A DNA stretch of 64,000 bases, from positions 1 to 64,000 of IMG/VR virus record IMGVR_UViG_3300035703_000041. One strand, 5' to 3'. The DNA is from a virus. Below, piece by piece: positions 46,388 through 55,664 of the stretch. Numbering within the stretch: position 1 is the first letter of the stretch; each line of letters begins with the position of its first letter. The notes under the pieces are model-generated. The model was not told the origin of the DNA. It ran no database searches and worked only from the letters and a program-made list of their open reading frames with translations. Both the position numbers and the translations under genes were made by a program.

Positions 46388-47083
46388 TTTCAATATTTCC
46401 CAAGTATGCTCCCAGTTTTCAACACGGTGAGCAATATCAACACTAACAGCCAGGGGGTAATCATTTCCCCCTGGCAATGTTTTATCACCAAAGAAAATAA
46501 CTGGGCCTGTAGGTTTAATAAACTCTAATACTTGGCGCTTATCTTTACCTGTAGGGTAAATGTCTATTCCAGTATCACCACCAATCATAAAGTCAATGTT
46601 TTTGAACTGGCGTTCAAGTCTTAATGCTATATCAATCCGCTCACCGTGTTCTTCATCATACTTTTTGTATGTGTCTCGCTGTTGGGAATCAGCGCCGCGA
46701 CCTAATACACTAAAATTTACTAGTCCAGTTCGAATTTCTATATGATTCCCTGTACGTATGGGAAACTTACTGTTAGTTAATTCTTCATCTAACGCATCAA
46801 TTAGTTCGTGTGGTGGTTGCCAGTTTGAAGCATGTGTTATTAGCTTACCTATTCTTACTTCGTTCCCGCAACAGTTAAAGATCATTTTAGCGTTATCTAT
46901 TACTTCTTCCCCAACTTGTGCTAAAGTTTTAGGATAATCACTTCCAGTAACAAGATAAGTATTATGTGTTTTTTGCCACTCAACAAACCAATCTTTAAAT
47001 TTAGGATCCATTTTAGCCCTGCTTGGTGTTAGTGTACCATCTACGTCAAAAACATAACTTATATTCATGTTTAAATTTAACAT
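46373..47083 (-). CDS. HAD-IIB phosphomannomutase-like protein
   Basis: FDVDGTLTPSR, VTGSD, IE.R.G..NFS.LGR, FFGDK..PGGNDY. Confidence 0.8.
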   Translation of the reverse strand: MLNLNMNISYVFDVDGTLTPSRAKMDPKFKDWFVEWQKTHNTYLVTGSDYPKTLAQVGEEVIDNAKMIFNCCGNEVRIGKLITHASNWQPPHELIDALDEELTNSKFPIRTGNHIEIRTGLVNFSVLGRGADSQQRDTYKKYDEEHGERIDIALRLERQFKNIDFMIGGDTGIDIYPTGKDKRQVLEFIKPTGPVIFFGDKTLPGGNDYPLAVSVDIAHRVENWEHTWEILKLSSN

Positions 47084-47129
47084 AAGTTATATGTTAAAAT
47101 CAAATAAATAAACAATATTGGAGACTTGA

Positions 47130-47558
47130 ATGTCACGCGGATTAATGAAAAAGTATATAGATATACTAATGGAAGCTTTAAGCTATTCCAGCTTGCAAGA
47201 TGCAGGAGATGATTATAGTCCTGGCAATACTCAAATTTGGTATTGGAGAGAAGATCTTGGACGCGATATGATGATGGGATATGATTTCCTTAAAAAGCAA
47301 AACAAGCTTCCGGATCCAGCAAATTTATCAGCTACACATGTACTAATTGGTAGCATTGCTGAAACTAATTTAGATAAAATTTATTCAATGATGCAATCAG
47401 AAAGTTGGAGCCCACAGGGTGAAGCTAGAGATTTAATTAATAAAAGCGGGGCTGGTCATACAAGTATGAGTGTTGGTGATATTATTGTAATTAATAATGA
47501 TGCATCTATGGTTGATAAAGTTGGGTTCGTAAACCTAGCAACAGGGGAAGAAATATAA
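47130..47558 (+). CDS. YodL-like domain protein with head-type leader
   Basis: L..IY...GHTSMSVGDII...VD.VGF; leader MKKYIDILME|; TAAATA at 47105. Confidence 0.6.
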   Translation: MSRGLMKKYIDILMEALSYSSLQDAGDDYSPGNTQIWYWREDLGRDMMMGYDFLKKQNKLPDPANLSATHVLIGSIAETNLDKIYSMMQSESWSPQGEARDLINKSGAGHTSMSVGDIIVINNDASMVDKVGFVNLATGEEI

Positions 47559-48934
47559 TGTTACTTGAAAGTTTATTAAAAGAGTTTGATGAAGCAGTAA
47601 ACAAACCTAAATTTACTGGTTATTGGAAAGCTCAAGATAAAGCACCTCCAGGCAAGAAAATGGTTGGTGAAGAAGAAAAAACTACAGAAGCATCAACTTT
47701 GGATACTGACATTGAATATGAACCAAGTGTAGATCAAGAGTTTGATAAGAAAGAGCTTGCAGCATTGTTAACTCAAAAATTAACAGGACTAGCACCAAAA
47801 GAAGAACGAGCAATTAGATTAAAAATATTTTATGATTATACTTATGATCAAATTGGTGAAAAATTTGGGGTATCTGGTGATAGAGCAAGAGACATCTTTA
47901 TGAAGGGAATTAGAAAATTGAGGCACCCTTCTCGCGCGAGAGAAATTAGACCTTTCCTTGAGGATGAAAATCCAACAGATAAAATTACAATGGATATACC
48001 ACTATTTTTACGTATGATGGAATATGCTAAAGAAGATGCAAAAACAGATATGGACTTGCATCAAGTAACTGCTCGCGCAATAGAATTAATGCAACAACAT
48101 GACTACCTATGTATGGATAATTATGATACTATCATAAACAATAGCGAACCTATAGATGAAGGTTGGTTAGATAAAGTTTACTCTGCTGGTCGTAACTTTG
48201 CTGATACTGCCACTCTAGGTGGTTACAAGTATGCACGAGCTGGTGCTGATTACGCTGCTAAGAACATTGGCAATAAATTAGGGTTCGATGTGAAACCTAC
48301 CACATATCAAAAAGAACTTGATCAGGAAGTTGAAAAACTTAACAAAGATTGGGAAAAGGAACCAGGTGCAAGTCTAGCTGGCATGGGTGGAGCAATGGCT
48401 TTACCTCTAGCCGGTCAATACGGCGCTGCTGTTAAAGGCGCACAGGGGTTAGGTGGTCAAGCATTAGATGCTTACGGTAAGTTTGTTAAAACATATCCAT
48501 TGGCTAAAAAAGCTTTAGGTTTAGAAAACAAAGATGAAGATATAGATGAAGAGAAAAAAGGTCTTTACTATTATGTAAACAAGCGTAAAAAGGCTGGCAC
48601 AAGCAGACCAGCTAGTCATCCAAAAGCACCAAGCGAACAAGATTGGAAGAACGCTGCTAAGACTGCAAAGAAAGAAAGTGTGGGCGAAGCGGGTCAATTT
48701 TCATATGGAGCTAAAACTCCACGCAAAGGCACAGTTGCTTACAACGCAGCACAAAAGCGTAAAGAAGATGAAAAAAGACAAAAACCAATTGAGCCAAAAG
48801 ATCAAATGGTCGGTGTTGCTAAGGTAACAAAAGAAGGCAAGGAAAAAGGCGCTGATGGCAAAGCTTGCTGGCCAGGTTATCGTTATGCTGGCACAGAGAA
48901 CGGCAAAGACAAGTGTGTGAAAGTTAAGAAGTAA
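47558..48934 (+). CDS. Modular polyprotein containing an RpoD region-4 module
   Basis: KGIRKLRHPSR..EIRPFLE; about 7 short modules bounded by xxE junctions. Confidence 0.65.
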   Translation: MLLESLLKEFDEAVNKPKFTGYWKAQDKAPPGKKMVGEEEKTTEASTLDTDIEYEPSVDQEFDKKELAALLTQKLTGLAPKEERAIRLKIFYDYTYDQIGEKFGVSGDRARDIFMKGIRKLRHPSRAREIRPFLEDENPTDKITMDIPLFLRMMEYAKEDAKTDMDLHQVTARAIELMQQHDYLCMDNYDTIINNSEPIDEGWLDKVYSAGRNFADTATLGGYKYARAGADYAAKNIGNKLGFDVKPTTYQKELDQEVEKLNKDWEKEPGASLAGMGGAMALPLAGQYGAAVKGAQGLGGQALDAYGKFVKTYPLAKKALGLENKDEDIDEEKKGLYYYVNKRKKAGTSRPASHPKAPSEQDWKNAAKTAKKESVGEAGQFSYGAKTPRKGTVAYNAAQKRKEDEKRQKPIEPKDQMVGVAKVTKEGKEKGADGKACWPGYRYAGTENGKDKCVKVKK

Positions 48935-50539
48935 ATGTTAATTAAAGATTTGCTACAAGGATCTACGCATGTTAATGAGGATGCTATATCAGATCTTGCC
49001 AGTAAATTAAAGAGTACTAAAGCAACAAGTTATGATAATATCGATGCAATTATGCAAAAGATAGCAAAAGACAATAATATAACAGCTAAAGAATTACACG
49101 ACATTTGGGTAAAAAAGTACGGTGAAAAACCAGATGATTGGATTAAAGATCAACTTAATGAAGCATTAACCGCTAAAGATACAGTTGAACGTTGGATTGC
49201 TGTTTTTAAAAGTAGTAAGCATCCAAAGTTTGCAGGTAAAACTCCTGAGCAGCGTGAGAAGATGGCAAGAGCTGCACAATATCGTGCAGTTCATAATAAA
49301 AAAATTAATGAAGCAAAAGTAACACTATATACTGATCCATCATACTATGGTGCTGAAGTTGCAGACAATGCTGGCGAAGGTATACCCGTACAAGAAATAC
49401 CATTAGACAATTTAGTTGGGTTTGAACCTGACGTTAAAATGCAGGACAAAAAGAGTGCAGCCAATATGTCTAAAATGGTTGACCTATTGAAAGCAGGCAA
49501 GGGCAAAGAACTACCACCAATACTAGTACGCAAGTATAAAAATGGTTATCAAGTATTAGATGGACATCATAGATTCCATGCTTACAAGAAAGCTGGAATA
49601 AAAACTATTCCAGCTAAACTTGTTCCTGATGAAGATATCAAAGTTGTTGATAAAATTGAAGAAGGTCCAGTTTGGGATAAAGTAAAGAATACTGCACTTG
49701 CTGGAACAATGGCAGGTGCGCTAGGGTATGGTGCGCTAACAGGGCAGTTACGTGACGAACCAAGGCAAGTGCCAGTTGACAAACCTCCTTTAGAAATTAC
49801 TATACCAGGTGGTCAAGCAGAACCTGAAGTTAAAAAAGAACCAGAAAAACTATCACCAAGTACCGCTACAAACGCAAACAAAGAAATGGAAAAACTCGTG
49901 CTAACTGTTGCTTATCGCTCTGGGATAAGAGGTCAAGAGTTGGCACAATTCATGGGACAAGTTGCTCATGAGACACTAGGATTTCAACGTTTAGTAGAAG
50001 TTGGTAGCGCAGAATACTTTAATAGATATGATCCAGAACATAGTCCTAAAAAAGCAAAGATACTTGGTAATGTTAATCCTGGTGACGGCATACGTTATAA
50101 AGGTCGCGGGTTTATACAAATAACTGGGCGTGACAACTATAAGCGTGCTGGGAAAGCACTAGGGATTGATTTAGAAAATAACCCAAAGTGGGCAAGCAGT
50201 CCTAAAATTGCTGCTAAGATCGCTGTATGGTATTGGAAAAGTAGAGTAAAACCAGCAGTGGATGACTATACTGATACTATTGGTGTTACTTCAAAAATTA
50301 ATCCTAGTATGAATGGTCTTGGTGATAGAGACATGAACTTTCATCATTATTTAGAAAAGCTTAATTTAAATGAAAATTTTGCTGATGGAAAGAAACCAGG
50401 ACGCAAGGGATTAGCCAAAAGAGTTGGTGTTAATTGTAAACAAAGCGTGACAAAGTTAAGAAAAATTGCTAGTAATAGTAGTGGTGAAAAACAGCGTATG
50501 GCACATTGGTGTGCAAATATGAAAGGCGGCAAAAAATGA
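48935..50539 (+). CDS. Modular polyprotein with ParB/Srx and GH19 muramidase modules
   Basis: PPILV...VLDGHHRF; AQFMGQVAHET...YKGRGFIQITGRDNY. Confidence 0.75.
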   Translation: MLIKDLLQGSTHVNEDAISDLASKLKSTKATSYDNIDAIMQKIAKDNNITAKELHDIWVKKYGEKPDDWIKDQLNEALTAKDTVERWIAVFKSSKHPKFAGKTPEQREKMARAAQYRAVHNKKINEAKVTLYTDPSYYGAEVADNAGEGIPVQEIPLDNLVGFEPDVKMQDKKSAANMSKMVDLLKAGKGKELPPILVRKYKNGYQVLDGHHRFHAYKKAGIKTIPAKLVPDEDIKVVDKIEEGPVWDKVKNTALAGTMAGALGYGALTGQLRDEPRQVPVDKPPLEITIPGGQAEPEVKKEPEKLSPSTATNANKEMEKLVLTVAYRSGIRGQELAQFMGQVAHETLGFQRLVEVGSAEYFNRYDPEHSPKKAKILGNVNPGDGIRYKGRGFIQITGRDNYKRAGKALGIDLENNPKWASSPKIAAKIAVWYWKSRVKPAVDDYTDTIGVTSKINPSMNGLGDRDMNFHHYLEKLNLNENFADGKKPGRKGLAKRVGVNCKQSVTKLRKIASNSSGEKQRMAHWCANMKGGKK

Positions 50540-50964
50540 GGCAGTGGATTAATTTGTTTGAAGACATTAATGATGAATGGTTCAGTAACGGCGGTTTCCA
50601 AGCATGGAAACAACCAGTCCCAGTAAAGTATACTACAGCAGCAGACTCAGGCACTATTCAAACACTTGAAGGTCCAGTAGCATATGGTGCTGGATTTAAA
50701 ATTATTACTGGACCAAAAGGTGAACAGTATCCAGTTCCTCCACAAAAGTTTGCAGAACTATATGATGATAATGAAGATGGTACTGCTACACCAAAGAAGA
50801 TTGTTAAGACCGCTAAAGTAGCAGATCACAACGGCGCTGTTAAGACAAGCTGGGGCGAGACGCTAAACTATACTGCAGGTGAGGATGTGATTGTACGACA
50901 TGGACCAGGCGATTATGGTGTAGTTAAGAAAGATATTTTCGCTAAAACTTATACAACTTCTTAA
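50536..50964 (+). CDS. PGDYG-domain protein with head-type leader
   Basis: TLEG...GPKGEQYPV; GPGDYGVV..DIFAKTY; leader MRQWINLFE|. Confidence 0.65.
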   Translation: MRQWINLFEDINDEWFSNGGFQAWKQPVPVKYTTAADSGTIQTLEGPVAYGAGFKIITGPKGEQYPVPPQKFAELYDDNEDGTATPKKIVKTAKVADHNGAVKTSWGETLNYTAGEDVIVRHGPGDYGVVKKDIFAKTYTTS

Positions 50965-52394
50965 GTTAATCTTACAAATACCTGCCCACTTACTTGATAG
51001 TAAGGATTACCAACAGCAACCCCAGCTAATGCAGCGGCTGCATCGTCAGCATAAGGACCAGGGATACCTGGCCATGCAGTTGATTGTACAGTATTATCAG
51101 GGAAAGTTAAATTACCATCAGTCTTAAAAGTCCACTCATACGCAGTAAGTTCAATGCCAAGCCCGCCGGTTGTGATTTTTACTTCACCTGAATCAGCCTC
51201 ATTGAATGTTGCTATTGCTACATTGCCCATTTCAAAAGCATTTTCGCCCCAACCTAGCTGCATGCCGCCGCCAACGCCTGAGGTTGTAAATACCAAAAGT
51301 TCAGCAGGGGCTTGTAGCATCAAGGTTCCGTTAACAGGAGCATAATTTCCAATAGGAGATATAGTTAAATTCCCTGGTAAACTAAAGGAACCATCCTCAC
51401 CAAATGTCCAACGTCTTAGTGTGCTGTCTGTTAGGTTGATGTCTATGTTGATAGCACTTTCGCTACCAATGTTGCCAGGTATGGTTAGATCACCGTCACT
51501 ACCAAATATCCAAGACTTGCTGCTTTCACTATTTGCATTGGTTAGAACAGCAAACCCATCGTCGCTGAATACTACCAGTCCAGGTTCGTCTTCACTTATC
51601 CTGCCATTGCTGCTTCCAGGAAAAATTAAATCACCACTTGAATTAAATGTCCAAGTCTTATACAATGCGCCAAATAAAACTGTTTGTGGCCCATCATCAA
51701 ATCCTGCGGTAATATCTTGATCGACATGTATTTGCCAGTTGCCAGCATCTTGTTGGATATCTGTAATCGTAGCAGTTATCGGTGTTCCCCATGCTGTGGT
51801 TACAGCACCACCTATTTGAATATTTGATCCCAATGCAGGATAGGTGTTGTCGTTGATAAACAAACGCCAAACATTGCCCGGAGGCACAAGTTCATCTACA
51901 GTGTGTACCGTGATATTCTCTATTAATGGATTTCCTATTGATATAAATGCATTAGTTGAGCTATTAATATTAACCGCGCTATTTGTGTCACTTACTTTTA
52001 CATGGTTTATTTCACCACCGAGAAATAGATCGGCTGTGCTTTGATCTATGCTCCCACCTGCTCTGATATGTATGTGACTAGGTTCACCACCAGTAGGTTC
52101 TATCACAAGATATTGATCGCTGCCGTTTCTCCTAAGTTCTTCGTCAGGAACCAGTTTAATAGTATCAAATTCATTGCCGTCACTGCTGTCTGCATCACCA
52201 CCATAGAAGGTGCCTTTGTTTAGGACCTTGCTTTTTACATGTGTTCGAATGCCGTCAAACATCAATAATTCTAATTTACCGTTGTCACCAACATAAAGAG
52301 CAAGTTCACCATAGGGACGGATTTCGTCTGTGCTAGTATTGTTAGCGCCGTCACCTTCAATTTGACTTACATTTATTCTTCTTACTCTCGTCAC
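50961..52394 (-). CDS. Tail fibre/virion protein
   Basis: Repeated W.F..DG.L..P units; FPDNTVQSTA. Confidence 0.6.
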   Translation of the reverse strand: MTRVRRINVSQIEGDGANNTSTDEIRPYGELALYVGDNGKLELLMFDGIRTHVKSKVLNKGTFYGGDADSSDGNEFDTIKLVPDEELRRNGSDQYLVIEPTGGEPSHIHIRAGGSIDQSTADLFLGGEINHVKVSDTNSAVNINSSTNAFISIGNPLIENITVHTVDELVPPGNVWRLFINDNTYPALGSNIQIGGAVTTAWGTPITATITDIQQDAGNWQIHVDQDITAGFDDGPQTVLFGALYKTWTFNSSGDLIFPGSSNGRISEDEPGLVVFSDDGFAVLTNANSESSKSWIFGSDGDLTIPGNIGSESAINIDINLTDSTLRRWTFGEDGSFSLPGNLTISPIGNYAPVNGTLMLQAPAELLVFTTSGVGGGMQLGWGENAFEMGNVAIATFNEADSGEVKITTGGLGIELTAYEWTFKTDGNLTFPDNTVQSTAWPGIPGPYADDAAAALAGVAVGNPYYQVSGQVFVRLT

Positions 52395-52409
52395 TTTGTT
52401 TGCCCCTAA

Positions 52410-55283
52410 TTAATCGTTGTTGTATTCTGAACCGTAGAATATCTTAGCAGTCCATTGTATCTTAAGTGTATTGACCTCACCATCTAATCTACGGTAGCTG
52501 ATAGTGCCTTCATTCTGCACGAACCACAAGTCATCATTTTCGCCATCTGTTGACCCGCTTGATACCTCAGTGTGAGTGATGTTCTCTTCACCATCGTCAT
52601 CTACTATGTGTATGGTTCCTATGATGGTAGCATCGCCAGTAAACGCATGATAATCAATTATTGCACCGCGGAAGTCGTCACTGCCACCTGAAAGATCATT
52701 CTTATCCCACCATACAACAGGTTCAGCACCTGTTGAAACTCTATAATAAACCGTGTCTCCCTGTGTGACGGAAACATAACGATCACCTATGTGGTATAAC
52801 TGAAGGAAGTTATTTGTGCTGCTGCCCACTACCTCAGCTGGATACCAAGTGCTGTTATCGAGACTAAATTCCAATTCATAGTCTGTTGGTCCATCGTAGA
52901 GAGTGTATAGATCTACATCCCAGTTTATGAATGTGTAATAATCGTTTCTAGTGTCAAAAGCAGTTGCCGCTACTGATGTTTGAGTTATTCTTTCAGTTAC
53001 TGATACTTGTTTGTAACCAACAGCTTCTTCAATCCTGCGTTCGTCTGTTGCTCTAAGTTTAACGCGACCCAACCCTTCTGCGGATTTTAATATAGTACCA
53101 TCAACAAATTTGATACCTTCATTTAGTTTAGTTCTATCTATCTCATAACGTAGATAACTAAAACCGCCTCCACCTCCTTGTGTCCAGCTTAACCAATATA
53201 TACCAAAATATTGATCAGTGTCAGGAATATACATAATTGCTTTACTACCAGGGACTTTGTTACCTAACCCGCCGTTACCATATGCTTCATAAAAAGGAAG
53301 ATAAGTTCTATCTTCCAAATTAGTTAAGTCATCCCACCCAGCAATGTTCCACAATGTTCCTAGAGGGCTTACATCTGAGTCCCATCCGTTTTCTCTGTAC
53401 GGGTTATAGATGCCGTTGTTGGCATCTCTAGTTATACCAATTTGTAAGGTTGAGTCATCGTTTTCTACGAAAGTATCTATCAAATTGCTATTATCAGGTT
53501 TTAGGAAATAGTTTGGATTAGTGATTTGAGTTCTTGTGTAAGCAAATGATCCACCGTTATTTTGTCCCCAATCAGTAAACTCAAACTTGTAATACTTGTC
53601 GTTTATTGTGTCGTGCATTACAAGCTCAGCTTCAAGAATATTATTACCAACTTGGTTGTTAAGTGCTGAACGGAATGTAGTATAACTTCTAGATTCTAAA
53701 TTTAATAAGTCTCCCCAACCATCGTTGTTCCATTCAGTGCCTAGAGGACTTAGATAAGTGTTATTGTCATACTCAATTTCAGCTTCTATATTATACAATG
53801 CTTGGTTACTACTGCGAGCGAGAGTTAAACCTGTATCTATCTCATCAGTTTGAGAACCATCTGCTGTTCTTGTAAATTCAAAAGGTTCACCTAAGACTGC
53901 TGCTTGCACAATAAGTGGATTGTTTGTTAGCTCTAGATAAGGTTGCGAAGTACTGCCGCCTCCTCCAGTAATAACATTGCCATCTACTAATAAATTACCT
54001 GTATTATCTATACTTAAAGCAACATTGCCCAAGTATATTGTGCTATTGCTTACATATAAATCTTTCCATGGACGATCAATAGTACCTAAACTATGTTGAG
54101 GGGTTAAGTCTGGGCCTTCTATTACACCTGGTAATAAATCTCCATCAAAATAAACATCCCCAGTTCCATCAAACAAAGTAGTGTGGAATTCATTTGTCGC
54201 TCTATCAACACGGGAAATTCTTATATCTTCAAAATTCATATTGATAGCTAATAATCCGTCTTCTGTTGCTATTTTACTACCAACAGTTGGTACTCTTAAT
54301 TCGCCATCACCTAAAAATCTCCAAGCTTTACTTGGATTATTTTGCCATTGTGTTTGAATAAATGGACCAACAGCATCAATACCAATAAAGCTATCTAAAT
54401 CATAACTTGCTAACTCAACATAACTATTGGCTGCTGCTCTTATGTCTAAGCTATGTTGTCCTGCGGGATCATTAGGATTGCCTTGTTCTCCGTACCAAAT
54501 TTCTAAACGTGGCCCGTCATTTAAATGTGTTAGATCGTTAAATCTAATAAATCCTCCATCCCCAACATTGTGATCGGGGTCTGTTGAATTGTCTTCAAAT
54601 ATAATACTTTGTGATCTAAATCTAAATTCTAAAGTATCTAAACTTGTTTCTATTAAATTGTTAGAAACGTTTAAATTACCAATAGTGATATTTGATACCA
54701 CGTTGCTAAATTCTATTCCATTTTCAGTGCTATTAACTTTAAGCAACAAACCTGCTTGGCTAGCAAAGCTATCAGGTGTTTCACCAATATTTGTAAATGT
54801 TATGTTTGGGACTCCATCTATAGTAGATGTTGCTGTTGGATTATAGTTCCAAGCATCTTCAATTGTAATTGGAGTAAATGCACCATAGTTATCATCAAGG
54901 TATAAAATTTCACCTGAACTTACGCTACTACCATCATCAGGATCAACTAAACGAGCAATTAGATGATAAAAACGATGTTGAAGATATCTTAAATCTTCTT
55001 CAGTAAATGTAATTGTAGCTACACCAGAAGCTGGTGCAGTAATAGTAGCAGTTTTAGTTACAAAATGCTCTTTAGTTTCACGATCAACAATTTGAACTTG
55101 AACATCATAATTAGTCAAGTTCACTACTTTTTGATTTACGCTAAAAACAACTAACCTAAATTGATTAGCAGTTCCTTTGTAAAGCATAATAGGCTGTTGA
55201 TAAGCCATACGCCAATTAGTACCTGTTGTATTAGTACCAGTTGCGATTACGGGGTTATAACTGAAGGCATATATAGTTTGCAT
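52410..55283 (-). CDS. Large tail/baseplate-associated virion protein
   Basis: Baseplate-upper-like N-terminus; LGTIDRPWKDLY; internal duplication SPLGT.WN..GW.DL.NLE.R.Y; TAAATA 5 nt upstream. Confidence 0.6.
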   Translation of the reverse strand: MQTIYAFSYNPVIATGTNTTGTNWRMAYQQPIMLYKGTANQFRLVVFSVNQKVVNLTNYDVQVQIVDRETKEHFVTKTATITAPASGVATITFTEEDLRYLQHRFYHLIARLVDPDDGSSVSSGEILYLDDNYGAFTPITIEDAWNYNPTATSTIDGVPNITFTNIGETPDSFASQAGLLLKVNSTENGIEFSNVVSNITIGNLNVSNNLIETSLDTLEFRFRSQSIIFEDNSTDPDHNVGDGGFIRFNDLTHLNDGPRLEIWYGEQGNPNDPAGQHSLDIRAAANSYVELASYDLDSFIGIDAVGPFIQTQWQNNPSKAWRFLGDGELRVPTVGSKIATEDGLLAINMNFEDIRISRVDRATNEFHTTLFDGTGDVYFDGDLLPGVIEGPDLTPQHSLGTIDRPWKDLYVSNSTIYLGNVALSIDNTGNLLVDGNVITGGGGSTSQPYLELTNNPLIVQAAVLGEPFEFTRTADGSQTDEIDTGLTLARSSNQALYNIEAEIEYDNNTYLSPLGTEWNNDGWGDLLNLESRSYTTFRSALNNQVGNNILEAELVMHDTINDKYYKFEFTDWGQNNGGSFAYTRTQITNPNYFLKPDNSNLIDTFVENDDSTLQIGITRDANNGIYNPYRENGWDSDVSPLGTLWNIAGWDDLTNLEDRTYLPFYEAYGNGGLGNKVPGSKAIMYIPDTDQYFGIYWLSWTQGGGGGFSYLRYEIDRTKLNEGIKFVDGTILKSAEGLGRVKLRATDERRIEEAVGYKQVSVTERITQTSVAATAFDTRNDYYTFINWDVDLYTLYDGPTDYELEFSLDNSTWYPAEVVGSSTNNFLQLYHIGDRYVSVTQGDTVYYRVSTGAEPVVWWDKNDLSGGSDDFRGAIIDYHAFTGDATIIGTIHIVDDDGEENITHTEVSSGSTDGENDDLWFVQNEGTISYRRLDGEVNTLKIQWTAKIFYGSEYNND

Positions 55284-55288
55284 ATGAA

Positions 55289-55314
55289 TATTTATTTGAA
55301 ACTACCTATAAATA
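55289..55314. promoter_or_regulatory. Back-to-back divergent late promoters
   Basis: Minus-strand TAAATA at 55289-55294 and plus-strand TATAAATA at 55307-55314. Confidence 0.7.
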
Positions 55315-55337
55315 CATATAGTTATTAGGAACATGCC

Positions 55338-55661
55338 ATGCGAGCAACAGACATTATAAGACAAGTTTTAAATATGATTGACAGCATAGAAACAAACATG
55401 GCACAGGGCAAAGAAGAACCTGTTGTTAGTGTTGAAATTGAAGCTGGTGCCGATGATGAATTAGCTCGTATGAAACAGATTGCAGGTCTACTAGGATCTG
55501 GGGAAACTCAATATAGCAATCAACCTCAGGAACGTATTGCAAGTATTGAAGCAGTAACAACTGATGCTGGGGGAGGCGTTAATGGTCCAAAACATCCAGC
55601 TGATATGAGAGCAGATAGCATAAGCATGTATCCAAATCATCAACATAAGCCAGGAATGTAA
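55338..55661 (+). CDS. Head/scaffold-type late protein
   Basis: MRATDIIR leader; ELARMKQIAGL; YSN.P.E; GGGVNGPK. Confidence 0.55.
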   Translation: MRATDIIRQVLNMIDSIETNMAQGKEEPVVSVEIEAGADDELARMKQIAGLLGSGETQYSNQPQERIASIEAVTTDAGGGVNGPKHPADMRADSISMYPNHQHKPGM

Positions 55662-55664
55662 AAT

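Noticed and set aside
47558-48934. A complete phage sigma factor
   Set aside because: Only region 4 is present; no region 2 or 3 motifs
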